Shown here: positions 38,717 to 52,329 of the stretch, piece by piece | Layout: each line of letters starts with the position of its first letter | Position numbering within the stretch: position 1 is the stretch's first letter | NCBI RefSeq assembly: GCF_006345805.1 | Contig: NC_043009.1 | Coordinates: forward strand, 16,926,001 to 16,990,000 | From: Octopus sinensis | Taxonomy: Eukaryota | DNA: 64,000 nt | Direction of reading: 5' to 3' | Translations under genes and position numbers: made by a program | The notes under the pieces: model-generated | The model's input: only the letters and a program-made list of their open reading frames with translations | Databases searched by the model: none | What the model was told of the DNA's origin: nothing

Positions 38717-39848
38717 CAAACAAACAAGCAAACAAACTTTGTCGAGTGTTGCATTCATATTTTAGTAAATGTGTAGCCTTTTCCTGTTCTGTGTATTTAT
38801 CCTTGATGTTGAAATCAAAGAGCCTATCATACGTACATTTTAGTGTGGTCTGTCATAGTTTGTTACAACTAAATTGATGTATTGATTTGTAGAAAATATA
38901 TTTCCCTGTCTTGCAAATGAAACAAGAAAAGTCATTTTTGATCTGTTATTTCCTATTTTCATTATTTTATATAGAAGTTATGTTTCTCTACAAGAATACA
39001 AAGAAATAAAATGTTCAATATTTTAGTATTGTGTGCTTTGAAGTAGATTTGGCTGTTAGCTCTAGCATGCCTAGAGACCATGTAGACATTCCCTTCTTAG
39101 TTTGTGGATATAGAGGTAGCTCAAGAACAAGCTAAGAATAATTAGAACAAACAAAATAAGGCAAAGCCAAAGTAGACCCCTCAACAATATAGACAGTTTC
39201 TTGCAGTTAATAATGCATTGTTTGAATGGGAACAGAAGAGCAATATTTCAGACAGACGTAAACAACTGAAATGTAAACCTAACTTTACAATAAATAACTT
39301 TTCAGACTAATCTCAGAATTTATGACTGAAGACAAATATATTGCAAAGCCACTTATAACGTTGACCACCACTGCTTCTGTGTTTAGCAGTAATTACTGAG
39401 TGCTATTTAATAAAAGAGAATAACCTAGGCAAACTAATACCACTGGGACCATTTTCAAAAGGCATATTCTTTACATACATACACACAAATGTGCATATAT
39501 GTGCACACACATACCACACACACGCACATATGCATGCGGTTGCATAGTTATCAAGTTTGCTTCTCAAAAGCTAGGTTTCAGGTCAGAATCACAGCATGAA
39601 ACCTTGAGCAAGTGTCATCTTGTACCTCTGGGCTGACCAAAGCCCTGTCAGTGGATTTGGTGGACAGAAACTGAAATATATATATATACATATATATAAA
39701 TATATATATATATATAAAATATATATATATATAAATATATATATATATAATATATATATATATAAATATATTATATATAATATATATATAACATTATTGG
39801 TGAATTGAAGAAATGGAGCTGAACGCAGATTGAACAGAAATCGTTTTA

Positions 39849-39936
39849 TTTCATTCTACACGTGTTTCGAAAGGCACAATTGCCAAAATCCGATTGAATA
39901 ATGGGACCATATTGTGTCTTTCTCTTCAGGAAGAAA
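39849..39936 (-). ncRNA. Type I hammerhead ribozyme, left arm of palindrome
   Basis: Reverse complement of the 40115-40203 motif: TTC CTGAAGA GAAAGACACAA...TTGTGCCTTTC GAAA CACGTG TA GAA. Confidence 0.75.
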
Positions 39937-40114
39937 AAGGAAATCCGTTGGAAAAACAAAACAAAAACAGAACAGAGGCGGAGCAAAAAACAAATCGAAC
40001 TGTGCTCCTAAGAGCCCATGGCGAAGAGTTTCGCCATGGGCTCTTAGGAGCACAGTTCGATTTGTTTTTTGCTCCGACTCTGTTCTGTTTTTGTTTTTCC
40101 AACGGATTTCCTTT

Positions 40115-40203
40115 TTTCTTCCTGAAGAGAAAGACACAATATGGTCCCATTATTCAATCGGATTTTGGTAATTTGTGCCTTTCGAAACACGTGTAGAATG
40201 AAA
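40115..40203 (+). ncRNA. Type I hammerhead ribozyme with palindromic stem III, right arm of palindrome
   Basis: Stem I TTTC-TTC/GAA-T-GAAA, CTGAAGA (40122-40128), stem II GAAAGACACAA/TTGTGCCTTTC (10 of 11 bp), GAAA (40184-40187), self-complementary ACACGTGT stem III, GTA cleavage after 40195. Confidence 0.78.
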
Positions 40204-40415
40204 TAAAACGATTTCTGTTCAATCTGCGTTCAGCTCCATTTCTTCAATTCACCAATAATGTTTTAATTTCAATTATCCGCACCAATGCACGGTTGCAACG
40301 CCAGATGGTTGTACCTCCAACCGTGCTGTTTACTGCTGTGATTTTTGCTACTAAGGTATCGGTTAAACTGTTGATTAATCTACTACAAGATTATTCATCT
40401 TTCTATTTCACATAA

Positions 40416-40452
<37 letters not shown>

Positions 40453-40502
40453 ATATAATATATATATATATAATATAAAATATATATATATATATATATA
40501 CA

Positions 40503-40669
40503 TAGGTGCAGGAGAGGTTGTGTGGTAAATATCTTGCTTACTAACCACATGGTTCCGGGTTCAGTCGCATTGCATGGCACCTTGGGCAAGTGTCTTCTAA
40601 TATAGCCCTAGGCCAACCAAAGGCTTGTGAGTGGATTTAATAGATGGAAACTGAAAAAAGCCTATTGTG

Positions 40670-40741
<72 letters not shown>

Positions 40742-40955
40742 TGTGTGCATGCCTGTGCTTGTCCCCCCACCCATGCTTGACAACTGATGTTGGTGTGTTT
40801 ACATCCCCATAACTTAGCAGTTTGGCAAAAGAGACCCAAAGAATAAATACTGGGCTTACAAAGAATAAGTCCCGGGGTTGATTTCTTCGACTAAAGGCAG
40901 TGCTCCAGCATGGCAGCAGTCAAATGACTGAAACAAATAAAAGAATAAAAGAATA
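40503..40955 (+). mobile_element. SINE family A, left member of tail-to-tail pair
   Basis: Full-length copy; tail abuts the opposite-strand copy. Confidence 0.88.
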
Positions 40956-40964
40956 TATATACTC

Positions 40965-41362
40965 TTTTTTTTACTCTTTTTACTTGTTTCAGTCATTTGA
41001 CTGCGGCCATGCTGGAGCACTGCCTTTAATCGAGCAAATCGACCCCAGGACTTATTCTTTGTAAGCCCAGTACTTATTTAATCGGTCTCTTTTGCCGAAC
41101 CGCTAAGTGACGGGGACGTAAACACACCAGCATCGGTTGTCAAACAATGCTTGGGGGACAAACACAGATACACACACATATATATATACATATATACGAC
41201 GGGCTTCTTTCAGTTTCTGTCTACCAAATCCACTCACAAGGCATTGGTCGGCCCAAGGCTATAGCAGAAGACACTTGCCCAAGATGCCACGTAGTGGGAC
41301 TGAACCCGGAACCATGTGGTTGGTTAGCAAGCTACTTACCACACAGCCACTCCTGCGCCTAT
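40965..41362 (-). mobile_element. SINE family A, right member of tail-to-tail pair
   Basis: Full-length reverse copy ending GCCACTCCTGCGCCT. Confidence 0.88.
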
Positions 41363-42769
41363 ATACATATATATATATTATTTAAAGGTTCAGCATAGGG
41401 TGAGATTTACACAGTTTGATATTTGTTTTCACCCTTTATCTTCTCATTCGACTTTTTGCATCAACCTTCTTCTCATTTTTTTCTCATGGTTTCTCATGTA
41501 CCAGTGTCCTGATTTTCAAACAGAACAAACCCTATTATCAGAGCTTAACTATTGCTTGGAGACACAAGGCATGTTATAAATACCTGCCTAACTACATGTC
41601 TTAATGACAAGAAAGTAAATGATATTTGTCTCTCGCTGTGTGGAGTACTTTTTTGTTGATATAACCTTAAATGAACAGTAAACTATACTTTATATACACA
41701 CACACATATATATAAATGTGGTGCCCCAGCAAGGCCACAGTTAAATGGCTGAAACATGTAAAAGAATAAATAATAAAAGAATATATATATATTATGTCTT
41801 TTAACTTTTACTTGATCCAGTCATTAGACTGTGGCCATGCTGGAGCATCACCTTGAAGAATTTTTAGCTGAATGAATTGACCCCAGTATTTGTGTTCTGG
41901 TAACCCCGGTACTTATTCTATCAGTCTTTTTTTGCCGAACTGCTAAGTTACAGGGATGTAAACACACCAACACTTGTTGTCAAGCAGCAGTGGAAGACAA
42001 ACAGACACAAACATATACACACCACCACCACCACTACCATCTTCATCACCATCATCATCATCATTTAATATCCATGTTCCATTGTGGCATGGGTTAGCTG
42101 GTTTGACAGAATCCATTGGATCCAAGGACTGTGTCAAGCTCCAGTGCTTGGCATTGTGTCTATTTGTTGGATGCCCTTCTTCATACCAACCACTTTGTAG
42201 CTTGTGCTGGGTGCCTTTTTTTCATGCCAGTAACACCATGCAACTTACAGGTATACAAACTGTGTGGAAAGTGGGAGGTCAGCTTCATGCAAGAGGAGAA
42301 GGAGGTTAAACTGAGAAGAGGAAGTCAGAGCAGGTTCTTGAAGAGAATTTGCATGGCTACTCATATTTTGTTGAGGGGGAGAGAGAGAGAGAGAGGGTGG
42401 GGAGAAGGAGAGAGAAAGAGAGAGGGGGAGAGGGAGAGAGAGAGAGAAAATGATTTATCTGTGTGTGTGTGTGTGTGTGTGTTTGAAAGTTTATGGCTCT
42501 TTGTCTTGAGATTAGATGATAGTTGTAAATGAGTGTCACTGTTATACAAGCAGTGTTCATTCATTTCCAGTATTCTGCTAAAACATGTCTGGCCATGAAA
42601 CAGGTGAAGGTTGGTGATAGGAAATTGCAAATCTGCCTCAATAAACTCCATCTGATGCATGCATGAAAAAGTATGTTAAAAATGGGGACCCATGCCTGCA
42701 TGGAAGGCAGACGTTAAATGATGATGATGATGATGAGACATACATATATATATATATATAATATATATA

Positions 42770-42807
<38 letters not shown>

Positions 42808-42859
42808 AGAGTGTTAGGTGTGATGTACAGGAATTGAATATTGAGAAAAAAATGTCGTC

Positions 42860-43578
42860 AGAATTTTTTTTTATTTCTTCATTGTTATTAGCGCTTCCTT
42901 TCTTAAACTTGTCAAATAAAATTTTGTGAATGTACAAACAACTTGTTCATTTATATAAAACAGATGTTTTTTTGGGGGGGATTTTGTTTAGAAGAGAACA
43001 TTGTTTTTGTTTTTTTGGGTGAGGTTCCATGACAATGGAAATGGATGGATGGATGGATAGATGGATGTGGGTGGCTATGTAGGTAGGTAGTCCGACGGAT
43101 AGACAGATAGTTAGAGGGAGAGAGAGAGAGAAGGGGTATCCCCACTTCCTATTCATTTATTTATTTATTTAGTCCTTTACCATTGCAATGGAATGGGTTT
43201 AAGGATGGTGACCTCTTCAAAAAAAAATAATAATTCCCTCTGCCAATGTGCAAGAATCCACAGGCAACATATCCGACAAGAGGAATTAAGCAAGATTCCA
43301 TTAAGTAAGCATCTGGAAATATGCAGCGACAGAAAATTCAAAATTTTTCCCTTTTACAAATGTGCACAGGATGATCCGCAATACCGAAAAGCAACGGAAC
43401 TACATTTCATCAAAAGATTCTCTCCAAAACTGAATGTTTGAACGAAAAGTGAAGACAGTACATTTGGTAAGTGTTATACTAATGTTCTTTAATGCAAATT
43501 CATTAATTTGAAAGAGGCATGATCGAAGTTACACAGTATAAACATGGACATGTTCCAAAACGCGCGCACACACACACA

Positions 43579-43609
<31 letters not shown>

Positions 43610-43720
43610 TGCACAGGAACATGAAAGGAACGAAAGCGCTAATAATAATAATGAAGAAATAAAAAGATTTTTTTCCAAAATTTTGACAACTTTTTTCTTT
43701 CTCTCTCTCTTTCTCTCTCT
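42860..43720 (+). mobile_element. Penelope-like 3' fragment with a short inverted flank
   Basis: ORF 43193..43441 RIHRQHIRQEELSKIPLSKHLEIC...IFPFYKC...ELHFIKRFSPKLN resembles the 61.3 kb GIY-YIG tail; 42878-42905 is the inverse of about 43634-43663. Confidence 0.7.
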
Positions 43721-44750
43721 CTCCATATATATATATATACAAAATATGGGGTTTAGTTCACAGGTGATCTAAACGATCAGGTACACTAGGTAAGTGCTGT
43801 AATGGATTATTAGGGCTCCAAGGTTATAGCCGAGACGGTAGTTATGGAGCCATTGCAGATTTCCAATGCAGCGGAGATATAATTGTTAAAGAGGACAACA
43901 CACATTAAGGCAAGGTAAACATCTCAAGTCATATACGTTATTATTATTGGAAAAAATTCAAAGTCTTATAGCTGTTTCTGGGACACCCCAGAGTATGGGA
44001 TATTCTGTCATCAGAGACAAATAGGGAAAATGAGAATGGTATATATTAATGAGATGATGACGTAGAGGAAGGAAGTAAAGGAATAAGATGGAGAGAGAGA
44101 AGAAAAAAGAAGCATAAAAGTTCATAGTTCAACTTTCCGATGTTGTAGAAAGAAGTGCATAAGTCCTTAGGTGCAATCCTGTGTAGAGCCATGTGGGTTA
44201 AAATCCTGATATTGTAAACATCCAGAGAAAAAAGACCTGAACATATCATGTTCAACAACAGAATTTGGATGGGTGATCATGGTCTGAATCCTTTATTACC
44301 GAGAGCTTCTCCTACAGATTTGGTGGTCATGTCATGTTGGCTTTGTTTCTATGAGTGAGTGTCCTTCCAATTGCCAACCCTTTTACCAAGTGTACAGGGT
44401 GCATTTTATCATGGTACGAACATTAGAGAACTAGAATATTCCTCAGTGAGTCATAACTAAAGGAACATCACAAGAACTGCATAAATTAAGCACATTGAAC
44501 ATTTTGGAACAATAACCGTGTGTTGACGAGAGCCCTCTCTAGAGTCTACTTTGTCAGCTGACATGTCTTTCAGTACCTTTATCAAGATGAAAATGTAGTT
44601 ATTCTCACTATTTCATTGTTAAATGCATGGAATTAGGAAGATACACAGCCCCAAATTTGTAGAACTTTCAAATTACAGTTAATGTGAAATTATGAGAAAA
44701 AACAAAATGTTTTTATAATTATAAAAATTATGCAAATATTTGTAATTTAC

Positions 44751-44920
44751 CTGAGGTTCTTGCTAAGGTTTCCCCAAATACACACTGATATACATTCATT
44801 ATAGTGGTAATCTTGGTAATTAGAAGTTTCTGGATCAATATTTTGTAAGGCACCCAGTAAACAGTCGTGGATGGAAGCATTTAATTTGATTTCCATCAAC
44901 TTTTGCAAATCTTTGATTAT
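44751..44920 (-). CDS. DNAI7: DNAI7 exon 5
   Basis: gtctcag|ATAATC...CCTCAG|gtaaat; 170 nt, phase 0 to 2; IIKDLQKLMEIKLN...VCIWGNLSKNL(R) matches CASC1 VWANLKKNPR. Confidence 0.93.
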
Positions 44921-45279
44921 CTGAGACACAAGCAAGAATATTTACATATATATAAATTCTCAATAAGCAATGCAATGTTCACATTCATATACCCTGATGC
45001 TATAGTTTCAGTTGCAACCTCTTTTAAACTCTACAACTTAATCCAATAGACCTGAATATTACATTTATTCATTTTTATAAAACTGATTTTTCCATCATAT
45101 TCCTGTGCTGTTACTAGTGAGCCATGTAGTTGTTTAACTAGATGTTCTTACACTTGCATCTATGAAGAGAGTCTGAGATCAATTATGTAGACTGGAGCGG
45201 CCAAAATTACATGCCTTGCTCAGGACCACGAATTTTATTTTTACTTGCCGAGTCCAGAAGAAGGATCAGAGCTTCAGAG

Positions 45280-47450
45280 ACTAATGAGCTTGATGCAGCT
45301 AAGGTTGTTTAAACTATTGCAGGTCAATAGTTGCAGGTAAGACATGAGAAGGGAGAAGGTTCTAGACAGCCAATATTCTGGGAATGAAGAAGCAGGCATA
45401 ATGGTTAGTATGAGGTTGGAAAAAAAGGGGATGCTTAAATGCAAGGGTGACAAAAGATGGAGAGATGAGTCGGACGGGTGTGCCTGAGACTTGAGTCCAG
45501 CTAGTTCTGAGGAACAGAGGTCATTATAGTTGTGATAGAAAAGACTGAGAAGAGAGAGCACACATGTGAGCCAGAGGCTGGAGTCAGGTGGGTACCTCAT
45601 CTCTGGATGTGGTCCAGGATATCTTCATGCATAGCAGCACATCTGAGATGATGCTATGCACCGTCCTGCATATGGAAGCAGTACATCATTGTGGATTTCA
45701 TTTGAGCCATGTATAGTGTCAGCAATGCTGGGGGTTGAAATATTTTCTGGCTCTGCAGAAAAGAAACAGTCTTTGGGATGCTATCCTAGCTATGACAAGG
45801 ATGTGCTTTCACAAGGGGATCCTCAGTGATAATGAGGCCAAGCATCTGAAGTGATTGCAAGGGCTCTAGCTGGGTGCTTAGGAGGGGTGCAATAATAGTT
45901 TCAAGATGTGAATGTGTCTGAGTTATTTGGCCGTCAAAAGAAATAAAATTGGTCCCACTGGTGGATGCTCCAAAAGTCTCCATTCATGGAATCAATTCAG
46001 GTTTGGTATGTAATATCTAGATTACATGCAGATGATGCATGGTCGAAGAAGGTTTATGGAAGAATGAAAGGTTGTATCATCTGCTTTAGAGTGAGCATTG
46101 CAGGATATGACAGCAAATAAGTCGTTAATAAGTAAGTGATCTGGTTCTGTAGAAGCTGTACAAGTTATCACAGAGAAAAGAGATGCGTTCAAAGTATTGG
46201 GAAATGTCATTGTTTATGGCTGCTTCCATTATATTGAAGATGTTAGAAGTACATTGAGACAATACTAGGAATGTTAAAAATAAAAACTGCCTTTCTTTGG
46301 AGTGGGGGACATACTAAGGAGTGCATCCAAATATCAGGGTGTATCCCCATAGGAAATGGAGATTAAGAATTTAGTGAGTATAGAAACAAGTTCTGGAGTG
46401 CAATGGAAGGGATATGGCTGGGATTGGCGATCTTGGTGGTCTTAAGCAACCAAAAGTATTTCTGCACTTGCAAGGTGGGGAGCCAGGTGAGGTGGAAGGG
46501 GTTGAAAGAAATTGGCCAAGGGTATGGAGTTGGATGCAAAGTGGACTGCAAAGGACAAGGCTTTATCTGCAGTTATGGAAGCATAGTTGTTTAGAAAAGG
46601 AGGAAAAGAGAATACTACAAAGATAGTTGAGATTCTTTTGGCAGATGACTAGGATAGGCTCCAGTTTTCAGCAGGTGTAGAAAAGATCAAGACGCAGAGG
46701 TGTCATACTTGAAACTTTCCTTTACCTGTGGGATATGTATAAGAGTTACTCTGTTAGGTGAATGCCACTCAATTTTGTGGAGTAGCTGAAATTTTCCAGG
46801 TATTGTTGGCATTTTTCTGTCTGAACAGCTGCAGTACAGCTATGAGTAAACCACTTAGGGGTCTTGGCAGCGGTGAACCATGAAGTCTGGTGTAACAGTA
46901 AATTCCATTGTCTCGACCATGGTCGAACAATGATGATGATAGGGGTCTTAGAACATCAAGGTTTTTTGCTTTTTTTTTGTTGTGTGCGTATGGTATGTTG
47001 GAAGGAATACCTAGTCAGATGCGTAACTGTTTCTAATGAGTCAGTAGGGAATTAGCCCCAAAATAAAATAAATCAAAACTTGTGGACCTCTGACCTGAAA
47101 TGCCATAGGGTTCAGGAGGAGGTTGGGGTGTTACAGAGAGACAGTGACCAGAGGATCTCTGGTTAAGTTTTAAAGTGAGAAAATGACCAAGAGTGTTTGG
47201 GGCGTCGGTGTGTGTGGGTTGGAGGTGAAATGATTTGATGGAAACAGCTGATAATAGCAAAACATTCAGCTTCTGCCCTGGCAGTCACAGTATGGGATAA
47301 ATGTAATAGCCATGAGGACAATGAAATGAGAAAGGTAAAATAGATGTTCTCAGTGCAGGAGAAGATATGGTAAAAAAGATGCAAGTGTTTTGATATTTCT
47401 GAGAAGGGTACCGAGGCACATGTATTTGGGGGGGGGGTACTTTGAGTTAG
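45280..47450 (-). mobile_element. Decayed Jockey/CR1-group LINE (endonuclease to RT)
   Basis: Fragments HLQPTH.D..NTLGHFLT, AHSKADDTTFH (YADD relic), TNFISF, LQMLGLIIT across ORFs 45786..47501. Confidence 0.7.
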
Positions 47451-48705
47451 AGAAACTGGAAAAAACCACAAACTTACAAAGGAAATTAAGTTGTTACACA
47501 AAAGAGATTTGTTGCAAAAGAAATATGTTTGAAGCTGTTACATAAAAGAAAATTGCATTGAAAGTGTTAAATATTATTGACCAGAATATATTCAGTAACA
47601 TTTACCAATTTATGTTCTCAAAATTGAGAAAAAAAAAAAGAAAAGAAAGAGTGATTTTATGACTCCATGTAATACAGACAAAATCATTTTTAATGTTTCA
47701 GGCTTACATACACTCAAGAATCTATTATTCACTCATATTTCTACACAGAAATTTAGTATTCTTTGTGCACAATTTTTTTTTAATATTTGAGAGCACAAGA
47801 CAGTGAGCTGGCAGAATTCTAAGGACACCAGGCAAAATGCTTAGTGGCATTTCATCCGTCTTAATGTTCTGAGTTCTAATTATACCAAGGCCAACTTTGC
47901 CTTTTGTTCTTTTAGGGCTGATAAAAGAAGTACCAGTGGGACTCTGGGGTTGATGTAATCAACTTATGCTCTCTCCTGAAATTGCTGGCCTGATACCAAG
48001 ATTTGAAACCAATATTTGAGAGCACACTTAGTGAAGTGAACAGTGGCTGCATTTAATCCAAGCATTCCATTTTTTCTTTCATACACTGGCTATAAATGAT
48101 TTCATTAATGAGAATGTCATTTTAAATTAATTAATGGGATATTTATTTGAGAGAGATTTGGTGGCAATTTCTATCCGGTTGAGCAACCAGCTGTTGGCTT
48201 GTGAAGCTTCTGAAGCAAAACTTTTGTTTGGTGAGGAGAGAAAACTTGGTAAAGACTGACAGAAGAGTGACATTTTGAAATATTAGATTCTTTTGACAAA
48301 AGACCAGAAATTTCAGTTGTAATTAGTGAATCACAGAAATGTGCAGGCTGTGTGATGGACAGAAACAACTTTTTTCTCTTAAAAGTCATTTTCTAAATAT
48401 AATGATGGATGAATTCTTCTAAGCTATGATGAAGGATGATTTCTTCAAGGTGTTTTTGCCAATGCATTTCATTTATACAGCTGGCTTAGGCAGTATAAAG
48501 AATGTGGAAAGGTATTGCATGGCAGATAATTTAGTATGGATAATTTTAAGAGAGATTAGTGCCTTAGTAGAGGTTTTTTGGATTGAAGTCTATAGATAAT
48601 CCATTTTAACCCTTTTCCCATTTATCACACCAGAAGAAAAATCTAAATAGAAATACATTATAATCACAAGATAATTCATAAATCTCAATAAGAGGTGATA
48701 CTAAC

Positions 48706-48789
48706 ATTTTGGTATATAATGTTCTCCTGTTCTGTACATGGTTCTGTCTGTGCAGTTAAATCAACAAAATTGTTTAGTTCCTCTATCAA
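48706..48789 (-). CDS. DNAI7: DNAI7 exon 4
   Basis: atttacag|TTGATA...CAAAAT|gttagt; 84 nt, phase 0 to 0; LIEELNNFVDLTAQTEPCTEQENIIYQN aligns with human LIEKLKFILLETPPCDLQDKNIIQYQ (recalled sequence). Confidence 0.85.
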
Positions 48790-50678
48790 CTGTAAATAGA
48801 AAATATTGAGACATGTTTGAAATGTAAAATTTGTAGACCATTACACTTATTTAAAATCATGTCTAGAAAAACTGAACAGTGTCACCACAAGGAAACAAGA
48901 ACTTATAGTTTCATTTGGATCAAAGATTTGCTATGACTGATGTGACTGTGTGTGATGCAAGAAGGCAAAATGCCATAAAATACTACATGCCATTTTAAAT
49001 CTTTTATCTTTTAATTGTTTTAGTCATTAGACTGTGGCCATGCTGGAGCACCATCTTGAAGAGTTTTAATGAAACAAATCAACTCCAGGACTTATTATTT
49101 TAAGCTTAGTACTTATTATATTGGTCTCTTTTGCCAAAATGCTAAGTTGCAAGTACATAAATAGACCAACACTGATTGTTAAGCAGGGGTGGGGGACAAA
49201 GTCTGCACTATAACACATAACACTACTATTGTTGAAGAATGCTGCAATATACAGTGCAACAACAGTTTAAATTCAAAAATAGTCTGACTGGATGTTAGCC
49301 CAATTTAGAACAAGGAATTATGATTGTTAATATCTTGCTGTGATTGATTCCAGGAGATTACAAATGTTTGGTGTAGTATTTGACTACATCAAATGAGTTT
49401 GAAAGCCAAACATGAAACTGAAGAACATTCTAATAAAGTAATGATTGTAATAAGAGAAATGTCTCATCGCTGCATCTGTTGTTAGGAAATCTTATGATGT
49501 TCACTGCGGTGTTGATGAGTTTTGCTATGAAGAAAGTTAGAAATAGCAACAGAAACAAAAATCTAAAGACATTTATAGATCATTAGTACAATTTTAAATA
49601 TTGATTTCTCTTTTTACTAGGAACAACACAAATTTCTGCAAGTGAGTTAGTATAATCAATTGAACCAATTATATTGGTCTGATTCAATCAATTCAATTGA
49701 TTATACTGGGTTGATTTAATAGAATTGATTATACCGAGCTGATTCAATCAAAACCAAATGATGCAAATAATACAGTCTGTGACTGCACTGTTTCTGCCAG
49801 CTCACTGCCATTTAGAATTTTTAATATTATCATATTATCATCTCATAGCAATCTTTGACACACTCACAGCTGCACATATTGATTATAAAACAGATTGCAG
49901 CATCCTGAATACATAATTTATTGATACTTGATGTGCTGAAGCCATATTCAGTAAAGTGCTAATTAAAACATGATCAAGTGTTTGAGTCAATAATCTACCA
50001 ATACTTGACATGGTTTTAGAAATAGAAATAGTAACAGCATCAAATAGTATTGACACGATCAAAGAAATTAAGGAGAAAATCTAAGAGAATATCAAGACAC
50101 TTTGCTAAATTAACAAATTTTAAGATTTAATAAAAGCACAATTATACTGTGATGAATTTTGGAAAAGTTTACAGAAGATACTTTCTGATTTGACTTTGCA
50201 GAATTTCAGAAAACAGAAAGGATGATTATTCTTCAGTCAGTCTGTTTCATTGTAAAGCATATCACAATACATACATACATGCATATACATACATGTATGT
50301 GTGTACACACACACACACACACATACACATATACACATGTGTGTGAGTGTGTGTATGTATAGGTAGATACTTAGTTATAGACAATGACACACTAAATGTG
50401 AAGACATTTAAAATATATTCCGTTTTCTTTTAATAATTAAATTGTTCTGTTGACAATTCAACCATCTTCATCTAAGCTAGCTACATGAAGGAAGGTGAAT
50501 CAGTGAGTTAATTCTGCAAGATGTTAAGAATATGGTGACATCCCATCTCTATACTATGACACTCTTAGACAGAACTAAGTGCAAATATAAAAACCAACCA
50601 AAACTTCCTAAATTTCAAGTTTCAAAGAACAAACCACAAAGTCATTTCCATTTTTTTGGTGTGTCATCAATAGCAGAG

Positions 50679-50790
50679 CATAGACTCACAAACTAGTTTC
50701 ATTAACAGTTAGTCATGGATTCACAAACCAACCCCATTAACAGCTAGCCATGGGCTTACAAAAAGACCTCATTAACAGTCAACCATTGAC
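50679..50790. repeat. Degenerate minisatellite, about 34-bp unit
   Basis: Recurring CATTAACAG.TAG.CATGG..TCACAAA. Confidence 0.7.
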
Positions 50791-51410
50791 CTAAGGAAAA
50801 AAAGCCCACTTGAAATGAGCATCTGACATATATACCCTGTTTGATGATGTCTTGCTTCAACAATGCATGCGTGAAATATTTCTCTACAATATTATGATTC
50901 TGGCAGGATTGTTAGTACGCAAGGAAAAATGCTTAGCAGAATTCCGTCTGCCTTCACGGTCTGAGCTCAAACACAGCTGAGGTTGACTTTGTCTTTCATC
51001 CTTTCAGGGCCAATAAAATAAGTACAAGTTGAGTACTGGACTCCATGAAATCAACTATTCCACTTCTCGAAACTTGCTGGCCTTGTGCCAAAAATTTGAA
51101 ATCTGTATTCTTCTTCTGTGTCTTTGTAGATTAAAACATGCATCAATTGTGTCTCATTACCCCCAAAACACACCTGCAGTATATCTGTATCAATAAAACA
51201 GTCATTGATCACTACATACTAACATGCACATACATCTCTATACACAAAACACATCTATTTAACAGCTCTACACACCAACATTCACATCTAGCATTTGTCT
51301 ACAAACTAACATACAAACTAAAGTGAACAAAACTGTCCCAGATCTCTACACAACAACACATGATTGTTGTAATCCTGACAGAGTATAAATTAACAAGGAA
51401 GCCTCTACAT

Positions 51411-51656
51411 CAGTGCTTCTCAACCATTTCTTTCCTGTAGAACCTTTTCCTTCCTATTTTATTCAGGTGGACCACCATAGCCATTCAATGCTTAAAAATA
51501 TCTCATATTTTTAACATTAAATATTATTAAGAACTGTATAAAAAAAAATATTTTGTGTATTATAAGGAATATAACCAATTTATTATACATGAATTTTAAC
51601 TACAAAATCATATATGGACCCTTAAGGGTCACCTGGACCCGGGTTGAAAATCACTG
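51411..51656. mobile_element. hAT-like MITE
   Basis: CAGTGCTTCTCAACC...GGTTGAAAATCACTG; decayed 8-bp TSD ctctacat/cactactt. Confidence 0.65.
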
Positions 51657-52083
51657 CACTACTTAGTCACTTGGGCTGCTAGAAATAGTAACCAGATTCC
51701 CTCAAATCTTACTTAAAAAAAGGAGAAACATACTGAGTAATGTAGTCCTAGACGTACAATGCTGGAACACCTTTGACCATAAATCTACTCAGTAAGAGCA
51801 AACCTGAGGTTGAACAGAATGACAAATAATAAACATAATTATAAAGGTAGTGAAAAAAAAGGCATTGAAAGGGTGATGCATAGCCTCCATGCAGAGAAAT
51901 TTTTTCACAAATTATAGTGTGGCTTACAATGTGTTACTTAGCCAAGCTTTTTAATTAAACTGAATTAATCTTTTTTTTTAAAGTTTTACCATTACAGGTA
52001 TTTATATTCAGGTGAAATTAAGAAACCAACTCATATCTAAATGAAAGCCTCAAATCCATCAGTGTATACACACCCGTGCGAAT

Positions 52084-52115
<32 letters not shown>

Positions 52116-52135
52116 TCAGTCGCATATCTACGTAC

Positions 52136-52166
<31 letters not shown>

Positions 52167-52329
52167 TGTATGTATGTATGTATGTATGTATGTGTGTGTG
52201 TGTGTATGTACCCACATGTGTCTATGCGCATAGGTACAACATGATTTATACACATATGGAAAAGAAAGAGAACAAAATACTATGACCATTTGCTTATTGG
52301 GAAATTTGTAAATGAGATTTCTTTTTAAT

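Larger units (their letters stand above)
39790..40262. repeat. 473-bp near-perfect palindrome (arms about 235 bp, 4-nt loop GAGT)
   Basis: Arm-to-arm match read directly; centre CATGGCGAA-GAGT-TTCGCCATG at 40017-40038; a few indels and substitutions. Confidence 0.95.

Noticed and set aside
39856-40196. Mirror ORFs of 74-100 aa on both strands
   Set aside because: A by-product of the palindrome; no protein similarity evident.
49660-49760. Nested AT-rich hairpins and a 33-bp degenerate direct repeat
   Set aside because: Short, low-complexity and expected by chance in AT-rich DNA; no ribozyme or element hallmark.
49863-49962. Minus-strand AG...GTGAG interval as a possible DNAI7 exon 4
   Set aside because: No frame resembles CASC1; the true exon was found at 48706-48789.
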